Source: Microcoleaceae cyanobacterium
GTDB taxonomy: Bacteria; Cyanobacteriota; Cyanobacteriia; Cyanobacteriales; Microcoleaceae
Direction of reading: 5' to 3'
Length of the DNA: 42,555 nucleotides
Assembly: GCA_051652765.1 (NCBI GenBank)
Contig: JBOFUV010000026.1
Location: forward strand, 1-42,555
Position numbers and translations under genes: made by a program. Under the pieces are notes generated by a model, which saw only the letters and a list, made by a program, of their open reading frames with translations, was not told the DNA's origin and ran no database searches. Below, in pieces: positions 19,546-28,012 of this stretch (position 1 is the stretch's first letter; the number at the start of each line of letters is the position of its first letter).

Positions 19546-20037
19546 TCAAAGGCTCTCTAGGTAAAGAGTTTTGATCTGAAAGGCAACTTTTCTAGCTTGG
19601 GTTAGTGGAATTGGATAGCCAACTGTGTTGTACCCTTTGTTGGGAACACTTCTCTTCTGAAGAGTTTTTTGCAACTCCCAAACTAGCGCTCTCAATTTTC
19701 CTGGTTTGAAAACGAGAATTTCTTGCTTTGGTATCAAGACGATCCAGTAATCTGCTTTAAAACTCCACCCCCATCCTGGAATTGTCTCCTTGTCGTTCGA
19801 GATAGTTTCAAAGAAGAGATTGCCTGTCCGTTTAGCCGCAAGGTCAAACTTATACTCAATCGTGATGACTGATCCATCTGACCGAGTGACAATTCTGTCT
19901 ATTCCTGCTTGCTGGTACTTCATCTCGTTAGAGACATCAAGTACTTTGTAGATAGGATGTAACCACTGATCTAAGAAGGTTTCTCCCTCTTGTCCAACTT
20001 TGCGCTGAGTTTCAAAATTGTATGGTTTAGTTTGCAT
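19546..20037 (-). CDS. Hypothetical protein, probable PD-(D/E)XK nuclease fold
   Basis: GE..F, GID, IEYK.D, GNLFFE, ADYW pattern; ATG at 20037 preferred over GTG at 20061. Confidence 0.7.
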   Translation of the reverse strand: MQTKPYNFETQRKVGQEGETFLDQWLHPIYKVLDVSNEMKYQQAGIDRIVTRSDGSVITIEYKFDLAAKRTGNLFFETISNDKETIPGWGWSFKADYWIVLIPKQEILVFKPGKLRALVWELQKTLQKRSVPNKGYNTVGYPIPLTQARKVAFQIKTLYLESL

Positions 20038-20049
20038 AGATTTGAGGGA

Positions 20050-20150
20050 TGAATATTCCACCAGTGTAGAATGTTGATCTCTGGCAATTTGCTGAATTTT
20101 TTCAAGGGTTAAAGGTTCGGCATTAGTGTGGGATTTTTCATCGGCAAATG
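20050..20150 (-). pseudogene. Short fragment resembling a TPR-CHAT gene linker
   Basis: Minus frame reads EPLTLEKIQQIARDQHSTLVEYS, similar from memory to the segment preceding CHAT domains in cyanobacterial proteins. Confidence 0.5.
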
Positions 20151-20648
20151 GTTGAACTCTGACCGATATTGTACTGTTCCAACACAGCCCTCCAATCCTC
20201 CACTTTCCAGCTCCAATACCATAAACGCCTCATCTGGCACAGCGTACTCACATCCTAATCCTTTCTCTTTGGCTGGAGTAAAGCCGAATCGTGAATAGTA
20301 TTTGGGATCGCCTAGCACAACAACGACTTTATACCCCAACCGAGCGCACTCTGCCAAACCATACCGAATCAACAATGTCCCAATCCCTTGTCGCTGATAG
20401 TTGGGTAGTACTGCTACAGGTGCCAGTCCTAGAAAAGGTAAATCATCAGCACTGTTCCCTTCAATCACAACTGGACTGAAGAAAATATGCCCAACAATTT
20501 GCTCAGATTCAACAGCAACAAAGGAAAACGTAGAGGTAACGCCGCGCAATTGATTCACTAAGTTTGCCTCACTCTCCCACCCAAATGCCGCAACATTGAC
20601 CTTGCAAACAGCTTCTATGTCGTCTAGTTTTTCGGCTCGAACTTCCAT
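20109..20648 (-). CDS. GNAT family N-acetyltransferase (YhbS-like)
   Basis: LGLAPVAVLPNYQRQGIGTLLI, VVLGDPKYYSRFGF. Confidence 0.93.
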   Translation of the reverse strand: MEVRAEKLDDIEAVCKVNVAAFGWESEANLVNQLRGVTSTFSFVAVESEQIVGHIFFSPVVIEGNSADDLPFLGLAPVAVLPNYQRQGIGTLLIRYGLAECARLGYKVVVVLGDPKYYSRFGFTPAKEKGLGCEYAVPDEAFMVLELESGGLEGCVGTVQYRSEFNHLPMKNPTLMPNL

Positions 20649-20863
20649 GACTCAACTACTGATTCTTAGAGGGACTGTATCTATCCAACCATAGATTCAT
20701 TCTAGTCCAGCAGGTTTATTGGGCAGCAGCAACATAGGAGTTTGTGTTGGTTTTCAAATTAATTTCAGTCATCACTTCTAACAACTGCGCTAGCTTGCCC
20801 GCGTTCTGGTACAAAAACTTAGTTTAATCGTTCCGTGAATTCAAAGATGGTTTACTTCTGGAA

Positions 20864-21205
20864 TGGGGGCGGTGGGACTTGAACCCACACGACCGTTTAA
20901 GGTCAACGGATTTTCATTCTCCCGCAGCTTTCACTGCTGCCCTGTAACGTTAGGCTTTAAGAATTGGACTCTCTCTTTACCCTCGGCTTCACGTTAGGGT
21001 AGCTCCCGTCGAGTCTCTGCACCTTCCAACCACAGCTTAAAAAAGTGTTAGATTGGCTTGGCTCAGGATTGCCTTGTCTGAATTTAGAGTATGAACTCAG
21101 ATTAGATTTAGGTTTCCCTGAATTTGAGAGCTTCCACTTGAGCAATTTCTCAACTCAAGGCCCAGTTTTCTAAGTCCGTAGCGTCTACCATTCCGCCACG
21201 CCCCC
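20864..21205 (-). tRNA. trnL: tRNA-Leu(UAA) interrupted by a group I intron; exon 1 21205-21172, exon 2 20914-20864
   Basis: Exon 1 GGGGGCGTGGCGGAATGGTAGACGCTACGGACTT; exon 2 AAAATCCGTTGACC..GGTTCAAGTCCCACCGCCCCCA; CCA not encoded. Confidence 0.97.
20915..21171 (-). ncRNA. Self-splicing group I intron (257 nt) in the trnL(UAA) anticodon
   Basis: Inserted after U34 and ends in G; conserved AAATTCAGGGAAACC, AATCCTGAGC, GCAGAGACTCGA and GAGAGAGTCC blocks. Confidence 0.95.
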
Positions 21206-21677
21206 AGTTGCAAACGATCTTTCGAGTTCGAAAAACCGTATTATATAACTTTAACATATTAGAGATGGTAATGCAACTTTGCTTTATCGCGATCGCGGCC
21301 TCCATGGGTTCGTCCTTCCGGTTTGATCTGCGGAATCAGGTCGTCAACGTTCGCAATACGGGCAAAAAACCGCTGGCATCCTCCCTAATGAAAGCGATTA
21401 ACCCTGCAAACCTTTAATTAAAATTCGCTGTTATGGGGAATGGATTACTTAAAGGATTACGCTTTGATTCACCCCTTATAAAGATGAAAGATGGCGGTTC
21501 TCAGACCCGTTCGTTGTAGTTGCTGTGTTCATCAAAAAATGGGATGAGCGTTGCCTCCCTGGAAAATGCGCCCTTAGAATGCGCCCTGAGCAGGAAAACA
21601 GCCCGCACCGTTACGCAAGCGTAGAGTCGGGCACATCACATTGTATTCTTGAGTCAAGGGTCTATTTGGAGGTCAAG

Positions 21678-22958
21678 ATGACTGCGTCAACAACAGCATC
21701 AATGCAGTGGGTCAATGTACTATCAACTCGTTCTTCCCTAGAAGCTGCGGTTAAGGAAGTTGTTGAACAAGCTCAACATCAGTTAGATGCCTCACCCGAC
21801 TTGGGTTTAGTCTTCATCTCCTCAGCATTTGCGAGTGAATATTCCCGGTTACTGCCCTTACTGCAAGATCAATTGACTCTTCCTGCCTTAGTGGGTTGTG
21901 GAGGCGGCGGTGTAATTGGCATGAATCCCCAGGCTCGTCAACCAGAAGAAGTTGAAGGCAAGCCTGCCCTCAGCCTCTTTTTAGCCCATCTGCCTGGAGT
22001 GAATGTCCAAACGTTTCACCTCAAAGCCGAGGATTTGCCTGATCTTGACGGTTCTCCAGAGGAATGGGTCGAATTGATTGGAGTTCAGCCGGAGCAAAAT
22101 CCTCATTTCGTGTTGTTGATTGACCCCATGTGTGGCCGTATCAATGATTTGCTGCAAGGTTTGGACTATGCTTATCCCGGCGCAACTAAAGTGGGAGGAC
22201 TGGCAAGTTCCATGGCAACGGGGAGTCCAACAGCAGTATTTTGCAACACCCAAGCCTATCCTGAATCAATCGTGGGAGTCGCCCTGAGCGGTGATATTGT
22301 GATTGAAACTATTGTGGCCCAAGGCTGTCGTCCCATTGGTCAACTTTATCGGGTGACTCAAGGGGAGCGCAATATTATTTTGGAAATCGAGCCAGAACGC
22401 TCTAGAGTTGGAGAACAAAGTGAGTTTTCCGTAACCAGCAAAGCCTCTTCTCCCCTGGAAGCGCTACAAAACCTGATTCAGGATCTGAACGAGGAAGACA
22501 AGCGGCTCGCCCAAAATTCTTTGTTTATTGGCATCGTTCGGGATGAGTTCAAATCAGAATTGGGACAGGGAGATTTCTTAATTCGGAACTTACTCGGAGT
22601 CGATCCTCGGGTTGGGGCGATCGCCCTAGGAGATCGGGTTCGACCGGGTCAACGGATTCAGTTTCACTTGCGAGATGCTCGCACGTCAAAAGAAGATCTA
22701 GAGATGTTGCTAGAACGCTATTCTCCCACAAGTTCCCGTGCAGCCCAATTCAGGACTGATGCTGGAGCATTGATGTTTTCCTGCCTGGGTCGAGGAGAAG
22801 GATTGTATGGGGAGCCCAGTTTTGATTCCCATCTCTTTGGACGCTATCTGAATATTCCCCTAGGAGGATTTTTCTGTAATGGCGAAATTGGCCCGGTTGG
22901 AGACGGCACTTTCCTGCATGGGTATACCTCTGTGTTTGGAATTTGTCGCCAGCCTTAG
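21678..22958 (+). CDS. FIST N/C domain signal protein (NosP-like)
   Basis: GCGGGGVIG, VAQGCRPIG, FSCLGRG, GFFCNGEIGP; GGAGG RBS before the ATG at 21678. Confidence 0.93.
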   Translation: MTASTTASMQWVNVLSTRSSLEAAVKEVVEQAQHQLDASPDLGLVFISSAFASEYSRLLPLLQDQLTLPALVGCGGGGVIGMNPQARQPEEVEGKPALSLFLAHLPGVNVQTFHLKAEDLPDLDGSPEEWVELIGVQPEQNPHFVLLIDPMCGRINDLLQGLDYAYPGATKVGGLASSMATGSPTAVFCNTQAYPESIVGVALSGDIVIETIVAQGCRPIGQLYRVTQGERNIILEIEPERSRVGEQSEFSVTSKASSPLEALQNLIQDLNEEDKRLAQNSLFIGIVRDEFKSELGQGDFLIRNLLGVDPRVGAIALGDRVRPGQRIQFHLRDARTSKEDLEMLLERYSPTSSRAAQFRTDAGALMFSCLGRGEGLYGEPSFDSHLFGRYLNIPLGGFFCNGEIGPVGDGTFLHGYTSVFGICRQP

Positions 22959-23253
22959 CCTTACCCTGAATATTGCCCTCAAGCTTTATCTCTAAAACTC
23001 AACACCTTGTCTTGTTCACTCTAGACATCGGAACACTCCTATGAGCGAATGGATAATTGCCTTAATCCAAGGGTGATTTCGACTTCCTCAGTCAGTCGAA
23101 GCAGTCGTCGAGTCTCAAAGATGTTCCAACTCTCTACACCGACTGAGTTCTGGAGTGCAGTATCTTAATGCAATTTGAGAAATAAGGTTTGGAGTTCATG
23201 GGGTTTTGCTCAGGACTCATCACCAATGTCCCTAGTTGAATAAGCTTTCAATC

Positions 23254-23309
23254 TAACAGTCACTTTAAAAGTCAAATTAACAGTCAACTTAATAGTTGAT
23301 TTAACGGTC
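23254..23309. repeat. Degenerate 12-bp tandem repeat, about 5 copies, upstream of the HerA-like gene
   Basis: TAACAGTCACTT TAAAAGTCAAAT TAACAGTCAACT TAATAGTTGATT TAACGGTC. Confidence 0.75.
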
Positions 23310-23550
23310 TGAGTCAGTCGGACTTGACTTTTCTGACAAAAAAGGTTGACGTTAAACTCTAATTATTGGATAGTGGTAATCAAATACAGAAAAATCCGAC
23401 AGTTTCATCCCAGTATTTTTTACTTCAAATCCCCCACTTTAGCGCCTTTAAAGCAAGAGAATACTAAGCTTTTCTAGGTATTTTTTGGACAAAGAGTGAT
23501 CTTCCAACTCAATTTTCAGATCCAATTCTCAACTTCAAAATAAACAGCTT

Positions 23551-25302
23551 ATGACGATTGAAAAACCCCTTGGTTCTGTCATTCAAGGTTCCCTCACCAA
23601 AGGCTTAGAAGTCCGGTTGCATCCAGATGTTTCAGTAGAAGAGATGCGGGTAGGGAAGTTTTTGGTGGTTCGAGGGATGCGATCGCGATTTTTCTGTTTA
23701 TTAACCGATGTTGCCTTGGGAACTGCAAGTGTCCGAATCTTGGCCAATCCTCCTCGACCTGAGGATGACTTCATGCAGGCGGTGTTGGCGGGCAGCAGCA
23801 CCTACGGCACGATTGAACTCAGTCCGATGCTAATGCTGAATGAGGATTTCCTGGATGACACCAATGCTCACCCCGATGCCTGGGAATTGATAGAAAAAGA
23901 TGATTCTACAGAACCTCAGGCAGGTCGTCTCACCTTAGCCGCTTACAAACCCCAAACCAACAGCGCCATTCAATTGCTGCCGGTAAAAACCATTCCGACC
24001 CACTTCTCTCAAGTGTATGAAGCCAGTGAGCGGGATTTTCGGGTAATTTTTGGGTGGGAAGACGACCCCCAACGTCGGAATTTTGCCATCGGACAACCGA
24101 TTGATATGGACGTTCCAGTTTGTATTGACCTGGATCGCTTTGTAGAACGCAGTAACGGTATCTTTGGAAAATCTGGAACGGGGAAATCGTTTCTCACGCG
24201 GCTGTTGCTCTCTGGAATTATCCGCAAGCAAGCCGCCGTCAATTTGATCTTTGATATGCACTCAGAATATGGTTGGGAAGCCGTTTCGGAGGGTAAAAAA
24301 TTCAGCACGGTTAAAGGGTTGCGGCAGTTGTTTCCAGGCCGAGTTGAGGTGTACACCCTTGATCCAGACTCTTCGCGAAGACGGGGGATTCGGGATGCCC
24401 AGGAACTTTACCTGAGTTACAACCAGATCGAAGTTGAAGATTTGGCCTTGGTACAGCGAGAACTCAACCTTTCAGAGGCTAGTCTGGATAGTGCCAATAT
24501 TCTTCGCAGTGAATTTGGCAAAAACTGGATCTTGCAGTTGATTGAGATGACCAACGAAGACATTCAACTATTTTGTGATGAAAAGCGGGGACACAAAGGC
24601 TCGATCATGTCTTTGCAACGCAAGTTGTTGCGCTTGGACAACCTCAAATACATGCGACCCAGTTCAAATCAGAACTACATTGACCAGATGATGGAGTCCC
24701 TGGAGGCGGGCAAAAATGTGATTGTGGAGTTTGGCTCTCAGTCCGACATGTTGTCGTATATGTTGGTGACGAACATGATCACCCGCCGGATTCACCATGC
24801 CTATGTCCGCAAAGCCGAGAAATTTCTGGCCTCAAAAAATCCCTGCGATCGCCCTCAACAGTTAGTGATTACCATCGAAGAAGCCCATCGATTTCTGGAT
24901 ACTGCAATTGTGCGGTCAACGATTTTTGGCAATATTGCGCGAGAAATGCGGAAGTACTTTGTCACACTCCTCGTGGTGGATCAACGCCCCTCTGGAATTG
25001 ATGCGGAGGTGATGTCCCAAATTGGCACTCGGATTACGGCCCTGCTCAACGACGACAAAGATATTGAAGCGATTTTTACCGGCGTTTCCGGAGGCCAGAG
25101 TTTGCGTTCTGTCTTATCTAAACTGGATTCCAAACAGCAAGCGTTAGTTCTAGGTCACGCTGTGCCGATGCCCGTTGTGATTCGGACACGATTATATGAC
25201 GAGCAGTTTTATCGAGAAATTGCCGATATCGATTGGGAGGAGATGCCGGACGAAACCGTCTTTGAGGCGGCGGCTTCTGCTAAGGATGACCTAGGATTTT
25301 AA
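23551..25302 (+). CDS. HerA/FtsK-superfamily ATPase (HAS barrel plus DUF87)
   Basis: Walker A GKSGTGKS, FDMHSEY, Walker B ITIEEAH, REMRKY, DQRPS. Confidence 0.9.
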   Translation: MTIEKPLGSVIQGSLTKGLEVRLHPDVSVEEMRVGKFLVVRGMRSRFFCLLTDVALGTASVRILANPPRPEDDFMQAVLAGSSTYGTIELSPMLMLNEDFLDDTNAHPDAWELIEKDDSTEPQAGRLTLAAYKPQTNSAIQLLPVKTIPTHFSQVYEASERDFRVIFGWEDDPQRRNFAIGQPIDMDVPVCIDLDRFVERSNGIFGKSGTGKSFLTRLLLSGIIRKQAAVNLIFDMHSEYGWEAVSEGKKFSTVKGLRQLFPGRVEVYTLDPDSSRRRGIRDAQELYLSYNQIEVEDLALVQRELNLSEASLDSANILRSEFGKNWILQLIEMTNEDIQLFCDEKRGHKGSIMSLQRKLLRLDNLKYMRPSSNQNYIDQMMESLEAGKNVIVEFGSQSDMLSYMLVTNMITRRIHHAYVRKAEKFLASKNPCDRPQQLVITIEEAHRFLDTAIVRSTIFGNIAREMRKYFVTLLVVDQRPSGIDAEVMSQIGTRITALLNDDKDIEAIFTGVSGGQSLRSVLSKLDSKQQALVLGHAVPMPVVIRTRLYDEQFYREIADIDWEEMPDETVFEAAASAKDDLGF

Positions 25303-25321
25303 GAATTGTAAGGTCAGTATG

Positions 25322-25382
25322 AAAACTTTGAAGCTTTTAAAAAAGCTTTTGTTTGAAGCTTTTTTTAAAAGCTTTAAAAGTC
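25322..25382. repeat. AT-rich nested AAGCTT palindromes between the HerA and EndoU genes (possible terminator or operator)
   Basis: Four AAGCTT units; AAGCTTTT-AA-AAAAGCTT and AAGCTTTT-TTT-AAAAGCTT hairpins. Confidence 0.55.
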
Positions 25383-25452
25383 AATACGTATTGTTCGGTA
25401 CATTCTCGACTATGATATGAGTTTAGCTCTAAACTTAGTTGATTCATTTTTC

Positions 25453-26793
25453 ATGACTGACAATATCTATCAAACCCTTTGGGACAGTGACGAGAATAAG
25501 TTTTCAGTAAGTGCCCGCACAGCTTCAGGGGAGTGGGAAGACGAAAGCGCAGATATTTTACTAGATGAACAAGCAAAAGCTAGCGGCAATCGCACCATTG
25601 ACCTAGCAACTAAACCTCTGTTTCACCGCGTTAATGAGGAGAAGTTATTCGACCAAAATCGTACTTACAACGCATTTATCAAGCTGCTAGATAACTATGC
25701 AGTTTACTTTCTAGATGAAGAGTTCACACCAGAGCAAGAAGAAAAAGAACAGCTTGAGTTTGTCTCTTTGATCTTGACCACAAAACCAATTCAAATTGCC
25801 TGGAACTATATTAATCAAGAATTCGGAGAAAACCTGTCAGAGGAACAATTTCGCAACAAGCTAAAGCGGATTTGGTTTGAACTTTACATCAATTACTACA
25901 AAGGGAAATCGACCAATTTTTGTTCGGGATTTGAGCATGTTTTTGTTGGGGAAGCAAAGTACAATGCTCGGTTTGAAGATAAACGGGAAACTCTGGGTGA
26001 GATTTCTGGCTATCACTCCTGGGTAAAATTTTATCTCGATGAAAAAAATAATCGCGTCAACTTCCTGGGTTACAAGTACGATCTCAAGGGCAATGAAAGG
26101 CAGAATAACCCCAATGTTGTCACCTTGCAAATGATTCAAACCATTTCGGATATGCGAGGAAAAATGGTCGTTGAATTGTTTAAAAAGAAGGGGGGCTTTT
26201 TTGTTGGCCCTAGCCCAGAAGCCGAGATTGCGATCGCAACCGTTGCCTACTATGAAAGTGTGTACAACAGAATTCGGGATCAAAAACGCACCACAATCGG
26301 AGGCGAAAACTATGATCTAGTCGTTTATCGCAATATCAATCCCAACGGTAGTCGGGGAGAATTCATTCGATCGTTTTATCCTGTGTTTGTTGGCAATGAA
26401 CAGCAGGTTGAAGAGCCGCCAATGGATCGGCCTGTAATTATCCCAATCGAGCGCATCATCAAGACTGATGGGCCTGTTGTTATTGTGGCTGCATTACCAA
26501 ACCCTAGCGGTCAGGATGAAGGGAACGAATGGGTAGAATTGCAAAATCGATCCGATGCCGCCATTGATTTAACCGGTTGGGAATTACGGGATAAACTGGG
26601 TCGCCCCGAGGTGTTGCGGGCCACAATTCAACCGGGAGAAACTCAGCAGTTTAGAGTGAGTCGTTCAAGTACAAATTCGATGCAGATGACCAACAATACT
26701 GGGCTAATTATGTTGTACAGTGCCGCATCAGAGTTGGTTGCTGGGGTGGAATACGACCAGGCAACCTCAGGGACAGTGATCCAGTTTGGATAG
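25453..26793 (+). CDS. EndoU/XendoU-family endoribonuclease fused to a C-terminal lamin-tail domain; the ORF could start at 25417
   Basis: FIKLLDNY, SGFEHVFVGE, GYHSWVKFYLDEK, KKKGGFFVGPSPEAE; LTD motifs PNPSGQD..EWVELQN..IDLTGWELRD..TIQPGE. Confidence 0.88.
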   Translation: MTDNIYQTLWDSDENKFSVSARTASGEWEDESADILLDEQAKASGNRTIDLATKPLFHRVNEEKLFDQNRTYNAFIKLLDNYAVYFLDEEFTPEQEEKEQLEFVSLILTTKPIQIAWNYINQEFGENLSEEQFRNKLKRIWFELYINYYKGKSTNFCSGFEHVFVGEAKYNARFEDKRETLGEISGYHSWVKFYLDEKNNRVNFLGYKYDLKGNERQNNPNVVTLQMIQTISDMRGKMVVELFKKKGGFFVGPSPEAEIAIATVAYYESVYNRIRDQKRTTIGGENYDLVVYRNINPNGSRGEFIRSFYPVFVGNEQQVEEPPMDRPVIIPIERIIKTDGPVVIVAALPNPSGQDEGNEWVELQNRSDAAIDLTGWELRDKLGRPEVLRATIQPGETQQFRVSRSSTNSMQMTNNTGLIMLYSAASELVAGVEYDQATSGTVIQFG

Positions 26794-26880
26794 CCTGGGG
26801 AATTAATCTTGAGGATGGAGTGAACCGCTAAATCGCGATACTCTTGGGTAATAGGGTTGTCTTTCACTTGGAATTGCCGG

Positions 26881-28002
26881 ATGTCAGATATTCAGAAGGT
26901 CGAAGCCGCCCTTGAATGCCGGGACTATCGAACGGCAGCCCAGTTGCTCAAGCAGTTGCAGCAAGCTTCCCCCGACCATCCCTGGGTCAATTTTTATATT
27001 GGCCGCTTGTACGAAGCCACCGAAAAGCAAGATCGGGCTGAGAAGATCTATCGCCAGATCTTGCAAAGGGCGACCCATTCCAAGGTGATTGCCCAAGCTC
27101 GTCAGGGATTGCAGCGGTTAGAAACCCTGGAAAAAAGTCGGCGGCAAGCAGCTATTACTCAAGCTACGGCTCATCCTCAAGCCAGTGAACCGGGGGTGTT
27201 GATTTTAGAACCCATGCCCCCCGAACAGAAAGTGGCGGCGGCCCAACACCTAGCCCGAATCTTCACTACTGATCCCTATACAGCTCGGATGCAGCTTCAA
27301 AGTCGGGGTTGGCGGCTCTATCGTACTGGGCCAGTTGGGGAATTGCAGATTTATGGTCAGGAAATGCAGCGGGTTGGAATTCCTGTATTTTGGGCAAGTT
27401 TAGCAGAGGTTAATAAAATCAATGTCTTTCGGGTGCTCTATTTTCAAGCCCTTGGGCCTCGGCCTATGGTCGTTTGCCGGGATGCTCAGGGCCAGCTAGA
27501 GTCAATTGGGTTCAACTGGTCAGAGGTGACTCAACGGGTTGAAGGATTACTGCCCCTGTTCATGGAAACTCTGGATTTTGATCCGCGACGACAACGCAGT
27601 GAACGCTTCCGTCACAAAAACACAACCCAGGATTACGCTCAAGTTAACGACTTACATTTACCTAATCGTCGTAGTATTTTGCGATTTTGTGACCAGAGCT
27701 ATGACTTTCAGCAAAGCATCTCCCTTGCAAGTTCGGCGGCAGATCTCTCAATTCCTCTATCTCAAGGAACGACTCGCTTAAATTGGAATCGCCTTTTGGC
27801 AACCTTCAGCCAAAATTTAACCTTTAATTCAATCTGGTCAGATTTTACTCCCTTTGCCGAGACAGTCTTAGATTACACCCAACTGCTTAAACAAATCCCA
27901 GCTCACACTGATCTGGATCGAAAATCAGAAACGCCTTGGGATGCTGCCTTTCAACTCTACAGTGGACTTGTTTTTCTCCAATCTCTCATGGGGAGAGAAT
28001 AA
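26881..28002 (+). CDS. Tetratricopeptide-repeat-containing hypothetical protein
   Basis: N-terminal TPR-like helices (AAQLLKQL..PDHPWVNFYIGRLYEA); long ORF. Confidence 0.8.
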   Translation: MSDIQKVEAALECRDYRTAAQLLKQLQQASPDHPWVNFYIGRLYEATEKQDRAEKIYRQILQRATHSKVIAQARQGLQRLETLEKSRRQAAITQATAHPQASEPGVLILEPMPPEQKVAAAQHLARIFTTDPYTARMQLQSRGWRLYRTGPVGELQIYGQEMQRVGIPVFWASLAEVNKINVFRVLYFQALGPRPMVVCRDAQGQLESIGFNWSEVTQRVEGLLPLFMETLDFDPRRQRSERFRHKNTTQDYAQVNDLHLPNRRSILRFCDQSYDFQQSISLASSAADLSIPLSQGTTRLNWNRLLATFSQNLTFNSIWSDFTPFAETVLDYTQLLKQIPAHTDLDRKSETPWDAAFQLYSGLVFLQSLMGRE

Positions 28003-28012
28003 TCTGATCAAT

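Noticed and set aside
20115..20121. GCCGAAC near the GNAT stop as the start of an attC site
   Set aside because: No matching downstream arm or GTT core; the sequence is better explained as part of the CHAT-like gene fragment.
20795..20863. TGTAC about 50 bp past the tRNA 3' end as a Tn7/CAST transposon end
   Set aside because: No repeated TnsB-binding sites, no opposite end and no tns or cas genes seen.
17900..20863. Classical tRNA-integrated element with attL/attR duplication
   Set aside because: No duplicated tRNA 3' end and no integrase found in the window.
20957..21145. 62-aa ORF inside the group I intron as a homing endonuclease
   Set aside because: It overlaps the conserved catalytic core, is too short and has no LAGLIDADG, HNH or GIY-YIG motif.
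21208..21677. ORF 21208-21417 and the N-terminal extension of the FIST ORF from 21525
   Set aside because: No recognisable protein features; the FIST gene has a clear GGAGG RBS at the ATG at 21678.
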